Source: a virus
Taxonomy: Duplodnaviria > Caudoviricetes
Direction: 5' to 3' (one strand)
IMG/VR virus record: IMGVR_UViG_3300032081_000235
Location: 1 to 32,240 of that record
Length of the DNA stretch: 32,240 nucleotides
This document shows positions 1-8,705 of the stretch, piece after piece. The notes beneath the pieces are model-generated. The model saw only the letters and a program-made list of their open reading frames with translations, searched no databases and was not told the DNA's origin. Each line of letters starts with the position of its first letter. The first letter of the stretch is position 1. The position numbers were made by a program, and so were the translations under genes.

Positions 1-2
1 AT

Positions 3-2447
3 ATGACAACTGAACGGTCAACCGAAGATATTGATAATGAAATTATTGAAATCTTAGAGGGTTTGGACGAAGAAGGGGTTCAGTATCAAGAGGACGGTTC
101 AGTTATTTTGGGTGGCGAAGAAGAAATGGAAGACGTTGGCTTTAGCGAAAACTTAGCCGAAGTTGTTTCTGATTCTGAGCTCGATAAAATTTATATTGAA
201 TTAACTACTGCGGTTGAAAACGATAAATCAGCCAGAGAAGATTGGGAAAAAACTTATACCGATGGCTTAAAATATTTAGGTATGAAATTTGATGATGCTA
301 GGTCTGAGCCTTTTGAGGGCGCAAGTGGCGTTATTCATCCGTTGCTTGGAGAATCTGTAACTCAATTCCAAGCGCAGGCTTATAAAGAATTGCTTCCAGC
401 TCAAGGGCCAGTCAAAACTCAAGTTGTTGGTGAATACAATTCAGCAATAGAAGAACAGGCTCAACGTGTGCGTGAGTTTATGAACTATCAAATAACTCAC
501 GTGATGGAGGAGTACGACGAAGACCTAGATCAAATGTTGTTTTATTTGCCGTTAGCAGGTTCTGCTTTTAAGAAGGTTTATTATGATGAAACTTTGCAAA
601 GAGCTGTTTCTAAATTTGTTGCACCCGAAGATTTAATTGTTCCTTACTACGCAACCGATTTAGAATCTTGCCCAAGAATTACTCACGTAATTAAGATGCC
701 AGAAAATGAAGTTAAAAAACTTCAAGCAATTGGTTTTTACAGAAACGTTAAAGTAGAGGGTGGCGACGATTTAACCAATAGTTCTAGCGTAGATTCTGAA
801 AAAGATAAATTAAGTGGCGTTGAGCCATCTTACGATACAGGCGAAGTTTGTCATTTGTATGAAATTCATTGTAATTTAGATCTTGAAGGGTTTGAAGATA
901 CCGATGAAAATGGCGAGTTTACAGAGGTTAAGTTGCCATATATTGTAACGATTGATAATAACAGCGAAAACATTTTATCTATTCGCAGGAACTTTGAAGA
1001 AGAAGATCCGATGAAAAATAAAATTGAATTTTTCGTACACTTTAAATTCTTGCCAGGTTTAGGATTTTATGGCTTTGGTTTAACTCATATGATTGGTGGT
1101 TTATCCAAAGCCTCAACGTCAATTGTTAGACAATTAATTGATGCTGGGACTTTGGCTAACTTGCCAGCTGGTTTTAAAACCAGAGGTATAAGAATTAGAG
1201 ATGAAGATTCTCCAATTCAACCAGGAGAGTTTAGAGACGTGGATGCACCCGCAGGATCTTTACGAGATGCGATTCAACCTTTGCCATTTAAAGAACCAAG
1301 CCAAACTTTGCTATCCTTGTTAGGTCTATTGGTTCAAAGCGGCCAAAGATTTGCCTCTATTGCAGAAATTAATATAGGCGAAGGTAACTCGCAAGCACCT
1401 GTAGGAACTACGATTGCTTTGTTGGAAAAATCAACCAAAGTTTTATCTGCAATTCATAAACGATTGCATGCAGGTCAAAAGAAAGAATTTAATTTATTGG
1501 CTAAAATCTTTGCAAAAAGTTTACCGCCTGTTTATCCATATTCCGTTTCTGGCGGTCAAATGGAAATTAAGCAAGCTGACTTTGACGAAAGGGTAGATGT
1601 ATTTCCTGTTTCTAATCCAGATATATTTTCTACCAGCCAAAGAATTGTAATGGCTCAAGAAATGATGCAGTTGGTTCAATCCAATCCGCAAATTCATGGA
1701 CCAAATGGTATTCATGAAGCTTATCGCAGGATGTATGCTGCGTTAGGAACTGACAATATTGATTCTTTATTAACCCCACCACCAGACACTCAACCCAAAC
1801 CAATTGAATCTGGAATGGAAAACAGCACCTTGTTAATGGGCGGAACAGCGCAAGCATTTATTCAACAAAACCATGATGCACATATTGCATCTCACGTTAA
1901 CTTGTTGAACATGCAGCCAGTTCAAATGAACGCTCAGATTCAAGCCAACATACATTCGCATATCATGCAGCATTTACAAATGAAAGCTGATATGATCGCG
2001 CAACAACAGATGCCGCCCGAGGCCATGCAACAATATCAACAATTGCAGCAACAAGCCCAACAATCCACACCTGTTGACGCGGCGGCGCTTAATCAACAAG
2101 CCAACGATATATTGGCTCAATTTAGCTCGCCTATAATGACGGACCTAATGACTCAGTTTGCTCAACAAGTGGCAACTCCGCCGCAAGAAGATCCGTTGGT
2201 TGCAATTAGAAAACAAGAGCTAGCACTCAAAGGTCAAGAGTTGCAACAAGACAAAGAACAGTTTCAAATGAAAGAAGAAATGCGCGCTCAAGAACAAAAT
2301 CGACAAGATCAAATAGATCGAGAACGTATTGACGCTCAGCGAGATATTGCTAGAATGAAAGACGAAACAACTCAAGATAGACTTGACCAACAAAAAGAAC
2401 TAAAATTAATTGATATTGGATTAAAACAGTTCGATCAATTTGGATAA
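3..2447 (+). CDS. Portal protein (podovirus/P22-like, long Gln-rich C-terminal helical extension)
   Basis: 814 aa. Motifs HPLLGESVTQFQAQAYKELLP, LPLAGSAFKKVYYD, PGLGFYGFG and RQLIDAGTLANLPAGF are typical of marine podophage portals. First gene of the head module. The upstream RBS is outside the window. Confidence 0.88.
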   Translation: MTTERSTEDIDNEIIEILEGLDEEGVQYQEDGSVILGGEEEMEDVGFSENLAEVVSDSELDKIYIELTTAVENDKSAREDWEKTYTDGLKYLGMKFDDARSEPFEGASGVIHPLLGESVTQFQAQAYKELLPAQGPVKTQVVGEYNSAIEEQAQRVREFMNYQITHVMEEYDEDLDQMLFYLPLAGSAFKKVYYDETLQRAVSKFVAPEDLIVPYYATDLESCPRITHVIKMPENEVKKLQAIGFYRNVKVEGGDDLTNSSSVDSEKDKLSGVEPSYDTGEVCHLYEIHCNLDLEGFEDTDENGEFTEVKLPYIVTIDNNSENILSIRRNFEEEDPMKNKIEFFVHFKFLPGLGFYGFGLTHMIGGLSKASTSIVRQLIDAGTLANLPAGFKTRGIRIRDEDSPIQPGEFRDVDAPAGSLRDAIQPLPFKEPSQTLLSLLGLLVQSGQRFASIAEINIGEGNSQAPVGTTIALLEKSTKVLSAIHKRLHAGQKKEFNLLAKIFAKSLPPVYPYSVSGGQMEIKQADFDERVDVFPVSNPDIFSTSQRIVMAQEMMQLVQSNPQIHGPNGIHEAYRRMYAALGTDNIDSLLTPPPDTQPKPIESGMENSTLLMGGTAQAFIQQNHDAHIASHVNLLNMQPVQMNAQIQANIHSHIMQHLQMKADMIAQQQMPPEAMQQYQQLQQQAQQSTPVDAAALNQQANDILAQFSSPIMTDLMTQFAQQVATPPQEDPLVAIRKQELALKGQELQQDKEQFQMKEEMRAQEQNRQDQIDRERIDAQRDIARMKDETTQDRLDQQKELKLIDIGLKQFDQFG

Positions 2448-2451
2448 AAAA

Positions 2452-2634
2452 ATGGCTAAAAATATTAAAGTAACAAAAAACAAACTTTCATATGGCAACA
2501 AAGGATCTGTTCCGTCTAAATCAAAGACAGGAACTTTTTCAGCAGATGCTAGCTCTAAACCTGGAATGGGTAAGGGCAAAGCTCGAGGTATGGGAGCAGC
2601 CGAGTTCGGCGGTAAGTTTTCTGGCATTTATTAA
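2452..2634 (+). CDS. Small Lys/Gly-rich basic protein (probable virion internal protein)
   Basis: ATG at 2452 directly after the portal stop is preferred to TTG 2440. 60 aa ending KARGMGAAEFGGKFSGIY. TAATG overlap with the next gene. Confidence 0.7.
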   Translation: MAKNIKVTKNKLSYGNKGSVPSKSKTGTFSADASSKPGMGKGKARGMGAAEFGGKFSGIY

Positions 2635-2846
2635 TGTCAACCATTTGGGTAGCTGACCAATTACAAAAGCGGCTAAAGGAGAAGAAAGAAGACACCCAGA
2701 GTCAGATACTCAATGGGGTGCAATCTTTTGAAGATTATCAATATCTACGTGGGCGTTACAATTCCCTCGTTGACGTAGAAGAAGAACTTAGGGAGTTGCT
2801 AGAGAGGATAGAACAAAATGACGAAGAACAAAGTGCTGGTTCCTGA
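2634..2846 (+). CDS. Hypothetical helical protein
   Basis: 70 aa, coupled to both neighbours, fills the portal-GroES gap. Confidence 0.65.
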   Translation: MSTIWVADQLQKRLKEKKEDTQSQILNGVQSFEDYQYLRGRYNSLVDVEEELRELLERIEQNDEEQSAGS

Positions 2847-3318
2847 CCATATAGCTGCTGAATTAGAAAAAGATAAAGACGTAGCTGAAAACAAAAAACA
2901 AGAAAGCGATTCTGAAGTTGACAAAGCTTTTGTCAGCGCAGAACAAAGAGTGCTTGATCCTACTTTGGTAGACAAAACTCTTATCGAAAGAATGCCCAAT
3001 CCTTCTGGATGGCGCATGTTAATTCTTCCCTACAGAGGCAGAGGTGTTTCTAAAGGCGGAATTGTATTAACAAAAGAATCTGTAGACAGAGAGGCTTTGG
3101 CCTCGGTTGTGGCCTATGTTATAAAAATGGGTCCGCTCTGCTATAAAGATAAAGACAAGTTTGGAGACACACCTTGGTGTGAAGAGAAGCAATGGGTGCT
3201 AATTGGTCGGTATGCTGGAGCTCGCTTTAAGTTAGGCGATGATGCAGAATGCCGTATTATTAACGATGACGAGGTTATCGCGACGATTCAAGATCCCGAT
3301 GATATTGTCACGCTGTAA
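2818..3318 (+). CDS. groES: GroES/Cpn10-like co-chaperonin with acidic N-terminal extension
   Basis: PSGWRMLILP, SKGGIVL (mobile loop), VIKMGP, VLIGRYAG and RIINDDEVIA match the Cpn10 pattern. Confidence 0.85.
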   Translation: MTKNKVLVPDHIAAELEKDKDVAENKKQESDSEVDKAFVSAEQRVLDPTLVDKTLIERMPNPSGWRMLILPYRGRGVSKGGIVLTKESVDREALASVVAYVIKMGPLCYKDKDKFGDTPWCEEKQWVLIGRYAGARFKLGDDAECRIINDDEVIATIQDPDDIVTL

Positions 3319-3333
3319 ACGTGAGGAGGACTC

Positions 3334-4248
3334 ATGCTAGAAGAAGAAAACAATCAAGCTTCAGAAGAGCAGATTGAAGAAGGCGAATTTGTAGAACTGG
3401 AAGTTTCTGAAGAAGAACAAAAGGAAGCAGATGCCGCAATTGAAAATGTTTCTGACGAAGAAACAAAAAAAGATGAAGAGCAGGACGAACTAGAAAACTA
3501 TTCAAAAGGTGTTCAAAAACGTATTGCTACTTTAACTAAAAAAATGCGTGAGCAAGAGCGTGCAGCTCAATCTGCTTACGAGTATGCAAAAAACTTACAA
3601 GCTGAAAATGAAAATTTAAAAACCAACACGTCTCAATTAAACCAAAGCTATTATGGTGAAGCTGAAAACAGATTAAAATCTCAAAGAGCTCAAGCCAACT
3701 CAGTTTTGAAGGGTGCTTATCAAGAACAAGACTGGGATAAGGTGACAAAAGCCCAAGAAATTCTTGACAAGATTACTGTTGAAGAAAGTAAGTTAGCTAA
3801 TAACAGAATGCAAATTGAAAGACAGCCTGTATATCAACAAGATCTAAATCAACAAGCATTTCAACAACAAGTTCAAACTCCAGCTCCGCAAGCAGACCCC
3901 GCAGCCGAGAGTTGGGCAGAAAAAAACGAGTGGTTTGGCCAAGACGAAATAATGACTTTAGCCGCTTTTAACATTCATCAAAAATTAATTGAAGAAGAAG
4001 GATTTGATCCTTCCGATACAATGTACTATGATGAGATAGATAAACGTATTAGAACAGAGTTTCCACATAAGTTTAGCGATGGTGGACAAGCTAAGAGTCA
4101 AGCAAAAATGCAACAAACAGTTGCACCTGCTGGAAGATCAAGCAGTTCTGGTAAAAAACGAGGAGTCAGACTAACCAAAAGTGAAGTCGAAATGGCTCGT
4201 CGTTTAAATGTACCAGTTCAAGAATACGCAAAGCATATTAAAAGGTAA
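3334..4248 (+). CDS. Probable capsid scaffolding protein
   Basis: RBS GAGGAGG upstream. Acidic N-terminus, long coiled coil, basic C-terminal helix (LTKSEVEMARRLNVPVQEYAK). Lies between portal and capsid. Confidence 0.7.
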   Translation: MLEEENNQASEEQIEEGEFVELEVSEEEQKEADAAIENVSDEETKKDEEQDELENYSKGVQKRIATLTKKMREQERAAQSAYEYAKNLQAENENLKTNTSQLNQSYYGEAENRLKSQRAQANSVLKGAYQEQDWDKVTKAQEILDKITVEESKLANNRMQIERQPVYQQDLNQQAFQQQVQTPAPQADPAAESWAEKNEWFGQDEIMTLAAFNIHQKLIEEEGFDPSDTMYYDEIDKRIRTEFPHKFSDGGQAKSQAKMQQTVAPAGRSSSSGKKRGVRLTKSEVEMARRLNVPVQEYAKHIKR

Positions 4249-4253
4249 TCAAT

Positions 4254-4727
4254 ATGACTGAAGATAAAAAAACAAATAACAGAGCTCCGCGCTCTGCTGA
4301 AACCCGAGCTAAAGATACTGCTCGCAAACCCTGGCGTCCCCCATCTATGTTGGAGACACCACCATCACCTGAAGGCTATACTTACAGGTGGATAAGAGCC
4401 GAAGTTGTCGGTCAAGAGGATAAAAAGAATGTAATGTCTAGATTGCGCGAAGGTTTCGACCTAGTGCGAATTGAAGAGATTGGAGACTTTGAACTTCCCT
4501 CGATTGATGATGGAAAGCACGCTGGTGTTGTATCTGTGGGTGGTTTGCTTTTGGCTAAGATTCCAAATGAAACACGCGAAGAAAGAAACGCCTACTTTGC
4601 TGACCGTGCAAAATCGCAACAAGATGCGATTGATAATGATTTGATGAAGGAATCTGATCCAAGTTCTCCGATGTTAAAACCTCAGAGAACCTCAAGCGTA
4701 ACTTTTGGCGGTGGTAAAAGAAGTTAA
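4254..4727 (+). CDS. Conserved head-module hypothetical protein
   Basis: 157 aa, WRPPSML/GYTYRWIR motifs, operonic position. Confidence 0.65.
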   Translation: MTEDKKTNNRAPRSAETRAKDTARKPWRPPSMLETPPSPEGYTYRWIRAEVVGQEDKKNVMSRLREGFDLVRIEEIGDFELPSIDDGKHAGVVSVGGLLLAKIPNETREERNAYFADRAKSQQDAIDNDLMKESDPSSPMLKPQRTSSVTFGGGKRS

Positions 4728-4770
4728 TTTTTTTCTCACTAAACGTAATTTTTAATTAAAGGTAAATAAA

Positions 4771-5355
4771 ATGGCAAATAAAGATGCTTCATTTGGTATG
4801 AGGCCTGTCAAAATGATGGGTGGCTCACCTTGGACTGGTGGTACTAGTCGCTATAGAATTGCTGCAAATTACGGAACAGCTATTTATACAGGAGACATGG
4901 TAATGCAAGTTACTGGTGGTACTGTAGAAATACACGCTGACGGCGGAACTGTTCCTATTGTGGGAGTTTTTATGGGATGTCAGTACACCGATCCTACTTC
5001 GGGCGAGCAAGTATTTAGCGCATATTATCCAGCAAGCACAAATGCTTCGGATATTATCGCTTTTATAGTGGACGATCCTAATGTTGTATTTGAAATCCAA
5101 GCTGATGACACTTTCCCAATAGCTGATCTATTCGGAAATTTTGATATTGTTTATACAAACAGTTCAAGCACTCAGTCAGGACTTTCAGGTGCGGAATTAG
5201 ACGTCACAACGGGTGCTACAACAGCTGGGTTACCGCTTAAAGCAATTGATATATCAGAAGATCCTGATAATTCAGATATTGCTTCGGCGAACACAAATGT
5301 TTTAGTTGTTATTCAAAATCATATCTGCGGTCAAAAAGGCGCAGGTCTAGCATAA
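4771..5355 (+). CDS. Putative capsid-associated (decoration/cement) protein
   Basis: 194 aa, beta/Gly/Thr-rich, immediately upstream of the major capsid gene. RBS AAAGGT. Confidence 0.55.
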   Translation: MANKDASFGMRPVKMMGGSPWTGGTSRYRIAANYGTAIYTGDMVMQVTGGTVEIHADGGTVPIVGVFMGCQYTDPTSGEQVFSAYYPASTNASDIIAFIVDDPNVVFEIQADDTFPIADLFGNFDIVYTNSSSTQSGLSGAELDVTTGATTAGLPLKAIDISEDPDNSDIASANTNVLVVIQNHICGQKGAGLA

Positions 5356-5367
5356 TAGGAGTAAATC

Positions 5368-6276
5368 ATGGCTATAAATAGAGCTCAATTAGCGAAAGAA
5401 TTAGAACCAGGATTGAATGCCCTTTTTGGGATGGAATATGCTCGTTATGATTCTGAACACGAAGAAATTTACGAAACTGAGTCTTCCGACAGAGCGTTTG
5501 AAGAAGAAGTAATGATCGTTGGCTTTGGGAATGCCCAAACAAAACAAGAAGGAGCTGGGGTATCGTTTGATAGCGCTACTGAAGGTTATACTTCTCGTTA
5601 CAGCCACGAAACTGTTGCTTTAGCTTTTGCACTTACAGAAGAAGCAGTTGAAGATAATCTTTACGATAGACTTGGTTCAAGGTATACAAAAGCCTTGGCT
5701 AGATCTATGGCGAATACCAAACAGGTTAAAGCTGCTGCAACATTGAACAATGCGTTCGATAGTAGCTTTACTGGTGGAGATGGGCAACCTCTCGTTTCTA
5801 ACGCTCACCCTCTCGGTGGCGGTGGAACTTCCAGTAACAGACCTTCAACTTATGCCGACTTGAATGAGACTTCATTAGAAGATGCTCTTATTAATGTTTC
5901 AACTTTAGTTGATGACAGAAATTTGACAATTGCTCTTCAAGCGCAAAAGTTAATTATTCCACCAGCGTTACAATTCGTTGCTGACAGACTATTGCAAAGC
6001 AATGGCCGTCCAGGTACATCTGACAATGACGTAAATGCTATGAAGAATATGGGTATGATCCCTCAAGGATATGTTGTTAACCATTATCTAACTGATACAG
6101 ATGCTTGGTTCTTAAAAACAGACTGTCCTGATGGATTTAAACATTTCCAAAGAAGTCCAATGACTACAGCCTTAGAAGGCGATTTCGATACTGGTAACAT
6201 GCGTTACAAAGCTAGAGAAAGATACTCATTTGGATTTTCTAACTGGAGAGCTGTTTACGCTTCTGAAGGTATATAA
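5368..6276 (+). CDS. Major capsid protein (HK97 fold, Mu gpT-like family)
   Basis: 302 aa, begins MAINRAQLAKELEPGLNALFG and ends DFDTGNMRYKARERYSFG. RBS AGGAG. Followed by a strong terminator. Confidence 0.88.
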   Translation: MAINRAQLAKELEPGLNALFGMEYARYDSEHEEIYETESSDRAFEEEVMIVGFGNAQTKQEGAGVSFDSATEGYTSRYSHETVALAFALTEEAVEDNLYDRLGSRYTKALARSMANTKQVKAAATLNNAFDSSFTGGDGQPLVSNAHPLGGGGTSSNRPSTYADLNETSLEDALINVSTLVDDRNLTIALQAQKLIIPPALQFVADRLLQSNGRPGTSDNDVNAMKNMGMIPQGYVVNHYLTDTDAWFLKTDCPDGFKHFQRSPMTTALEGDFDTGNMRYKARERYSFGFSNWRAVYASEGI

Positions 6277-6292
6277 TCCAAATTTTTTTGGT

Positions 6293-6320
6293 AAAGGGAG
6301 CTTCGGCTCCCTTTTTTTTT
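6293..6320 (+). terminator. Rho-independent terminator after the capsid gene
   Basis: AAAGGGAGC-TTCG-GCTCCCTTT perfect stem with cUUCGg tetraloop; T9 run at 6312-6320. Confidence 0.95.
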
Positions 6321-6390
6321 AATAAAATCTACAAAAAGCTACCTTTAGCGTGATTCTTGATGTAGAATTTAAGTAAACCGAGGTATATAT

Positions 6391-6807
6391 ATGAATACTG
6401 GTTTACATATGAGTATTAGCCTAGCTAACTCACCCTGCAATGGACGTTGCTCAACGTCAATGGCTCCCTTTGACGAAAGATGTCAAGGTTGCGGCCGAGA
6501 TATAGAAGAAATAAGAGACTGGGAAACTTATCCTGATTTCAGCAAAAAATTAATTAATGTAAAAAACTGGCTAGATGGTTATAATATTAGACAAAAAAAA
6601 GAATCAACAATGACAGCAAAAGACATTCAAAAAATAAAAGATATAGATGGTAGAATGACAACTGTTATTGCTTTGGTTGAAATGATTGGTAAAGATATGA
6701 TAGATGAGTTTGGCAAAGATCCAGCAATCAAAAAGTCTTATCAAGCCTTATTTGAGTGTAGAAAAGAAATTTTAAAATCTAAAGAAAATTTTCCTCAAGA
6801 ACTTTAA
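6391..6807 (+). CDS. DUF1289-like Cys-rich (putative Fe-S/metal-binding) protein with C-terminal helical extension
   Basis: SPCNGRC...CQGCGRDIEEIRDW fits the DUF1289 pattern SPCxxxC..CxGCxRxxxEIxxW. RBS GAGGT. Confidence 0.75.
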   Translation: MNTGLHMSISLANSPCNGRCSTSMAPFDERCQGCGRDIEEIRDWETYPDFSKKLINVKNWLDGYNIRQKKESTMTAKDIQKIKDIDGRMTTVIALVEMIGKDMIDEFGKDPAIKKSYQALFECRKEILKSKENFPQEL

Positions 6808-6833
6808 TTCTTTCATTTATCAATACATTCATA

Positions 6834-6839
6834 TACAAT
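6834..6839 (+). promoter_or_regulatory. Possible -10 element (TACAAT)
   Basis: 5/6 match to TATAAT in AT-rich intergenic DNA, placing a start site at about 6845-6846, the 5' edge of the structured element. The -35 match is poor. Confidence 0.35.
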
Positions 6840-6844
6840 CAAAT

Positions 6845-6920
6845 AACTAGGATTGTTAACCTATCTATCGACTGACCTAGCAGACAAGCCAAGACGATAG
6901 ATTTTTTCCGTAGGAGGAAA
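6845..6920 (+). ncRNA. Structured pseudoknotted RNA element / 5' leader, possibly the Mu-gpT-DE motif
   Basis: ATCTATCG 6863-6870 pairs with CGATAGAT 6895-6902. Inner hairpin CTG-ACCTAG-CAG. Loop CCTAG 6876-6880 is complementary to CTAGG 6847-6851. Located downstream of a gpT-like capsid gene. Confidence 0.6.
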
Positions 6921-6922
6921 TT

Positions 6923-7447
6923 ATGGCAAATTCAACTTTTAACGGACCAGTTAGGTCTGAGAATGGCTTTACAGTCATTTCAAAAAATTCAACAACAGGT
7001 GTTATTACTACTGAATTTACTTTAGATGGTGATGGTATGAAGGTTGCACCTGTAGCTTTAACTGACGCAGATACAACACTAACAGCAACAGCAAATGGTG
7101 GCCGTACTAATGTAGTTCCAGCTCTTTCAGGCAATAGAACTCTTACATTACCAAGTCCCTCTGCTGGCGTTTACTTTAAATTTGTTTATGGTGGTGCAGC
7201 AGAAGAAACAGAAAACCTTATTATTGATACAGGCTCAGACACTAATTTCTTCTTAGGTGGAATTATACATTTAGATTCTAATGCAGATAATGTTTCTGTT
7301 TACGCTGATGGTAACTCAAACTCCATTCTTACTTTAACTGATTTTGGTTTATTTGAAATTAATATCTTAGCTAAAGATTCAACTAACTGGTACATTTGGG
7401 GTAACCAAGAAGGTGCAGACGCTCCAGCATTTACCGACCAATCTTAA
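6923..7447 (+). CDS. Putative virion structural protein (head fibre/decoration-like)
   Basis: RBS AGGAGG. Conserved-looking MANSTFNGPVRS N-terminus followed by a beta-rich domain. Confidence 0.55.
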   Translation: MANSTFNGPVRSENGFTVISKNSTTGVITTEFTLDGDGMKVAPVALTDADTTLTATANGGRTNVVPALSGNRTLTLPSPSAGVYFKFVYGGAAEETENLIIDTGSDTNFFLGGIIHLDSNADNVSVYADGNSNSILTLTDFGLFEINILAKDSTNWYIWGNQEGADAPAFTDQS

Positions 7448-7459
7448 TAGGGGTAAATT

Positions 7460-7861
7460 ATGGCTGATGTAGTCACATCTCAAACAATTCAAGACGGCGA
7501 GAGAATTGCCGTCTTGAAATTTACTAACGTTTCTGACGGTTCAGGTGAAAGTGCGGTAAAAAAAGTTGATGTATCAGCTTTAAACGCTAATAGCTTGGGC
7601 GAAGCTTGTACTAGAGTTTCAGTTGCTCGAATTTATTGGGCTACAAGAGGAATGGGAGTTAACCTTGAGTTTGATGCTTCAACTAATGTTTTGTTAACAG
7701 GGTTACCTGCTGACTCTACAGGAGATGAGTATTATGACTTATTTGGTGCCATTCCTAATAACGCTGGTAGTGGTATTACTGGAGATATTGATCTAACAAC
7801 CGTTGGACATTCTAGTGGTGACACTTATTCAATAATATTGGTTTTGAATAAAACCTATTAA
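7460..7861 (+). CDS. Putative virion structural protein
   Basis: 133 aa, beta-rich and acidic. RBS AGGGG. Confidence 0.55.
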   Translation: MADVVTSQTIQDGERIAVLKFTNVSDGSGESAVKKVDVSALNANSLGEACTRVSVARIYWATRGMGVNLEFDASTNVLLTGLPADSTGDEYYDLFGAIPNNAGSGITGDIDLTTVGHSSGDTYSIILVLNKTY

Positions 7862-7864
7862 TGA

Positions 7865-8164
7865 ATGGCTCGCAAAGCGGCAAAGCCAATTCGCAGAACT
7901 ACCAAGGGTAAGAAAGCTAACTATAGGCCTACAAAAAAAGGCGCAGGGATGACTGCGAAAGGTGTAAGAGCCTATCGTAAAGCTAACCCTGGATCTAAAT
8001 TAAAAACAGCTGTAACAGGCAAAGTTAAAAAAGGCAGTAAAGCTGCTAAAAGACGCAAATCATATTGCGCTAGATCGCTTGGACAACTTAAACGTAGTTC
8101 AGCCAAAACAAGAAATGATCCTAATTCAAGAATACGTCAAGCAAGACGAAGGTGGAAATGTTAA
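7865..8164 (+). CDS. Small highly basic protein (DUF6321-like, recalled), putative DNA-binding
   Basis: 99 aa, very K/R-rich; motifs NPGSKLK, RRKSYCARS, DPNSRIRQARRRWKC. Confidence 0.7.
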   Translation: MARKAAKPIRRTTKGKKANYRPTKKGAGMTAKGVRAYRKANPGSKLKTAVTGKVKKGSKAAKRRKSYCARSLGQLKRSSAKTRNDPNSRIRQARRRWKC

Positions 8165-8398
8165 ATGGCTAGTGGAAAAAAAGATGCTTGTTATCATAAA
8201 GTAAAGCGTAGTGCGGAAGTTTGGCCTAGCGCATATGCTAGTGGCAGATTAGTCCAATGCAGAAAAGTTGGCGCAGCTAATTACGGCAATAGCAAGAAAA
8301 GAACAAAAAAATCAGCTGGTGGCGAAGTAACATTTGTTAAAGCAAGAGGTTTTAAAAATATACTTCCAGGCAAAAGAACAAAAACCAAATTAAGCTAA
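8165..8398 (+). CDS. Small basic protein with DACY..WPSAYASG domain and C-terminal GG/ARG tag
   Basis: 77 aa, abuts the previous stop codon, TAATG-coupled to the next gene. Confidence 0.7.
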   Translation: MASGKKDACYHKVKRSAEVWPSAYASGRLVQCRKVGAANYGNSKKRTKKSAGGEVTFVKARGFKNILPGKRTKTKLS

Positions 8399-8697
8399 TG
8401 GCTAAAAAAGAAACACTTAGAGATTGGTTTTCTAAAAATGATGGTACAGGATGGGTGGACTGTAAAACAGGTAAGCCTTGCGGTAGAAAAAAAGGTGAAA
8501 AACGCAGAAGTTATCCTGCCTGTAGACCAACAAAAGCTCAATGTACATCAGCAGCCAAAAAGAAAACCAGCTCTAAAAGAATTAGCTGGAAAGATGGTAG
8601 GACAAAAAAAGCAAAAGGCGGTCCTATAAGTATTTATATAGCAAGAGGTTGTGGTAAAGTAATGAACAATCGAAGAAAAAAAACTAAAGAATATTAG
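8398..8697 (+). CDS. Small basic Cys-containing protein (DUF5872-like, recalled) with C-terminal GG/ARG tag
   Basis: 99 aa; LRDWF..WVD..GKPCGR..YPACRP motif. Confidence 0.7.
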   Translation: MAKKETLRDWFSKNDGTGWVDCKTGKPCGRKKGEKRRSYPACRPTKAQCTSAAKKKTSSKRISWKDGRTKKAKGGPISIYIARGCGKVMNNRRKKTKEY

Positions 8698-8705
8698 GAG
8701 TAATA

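Noticed and set aside
6340-6370. Sigma70 promoter for the DUF1289 gene (TAGAAT at 6363-6368)
   Set aside because: No properly spaced -35 or extended -10 element, so too weak to call in AT-rich DNA.
6877-7134. Antisense ORF overlapping the RNA element and gene 6923
   Set aside because: No supporting motif or evident RBS; the + strand gene has a strong RBS.
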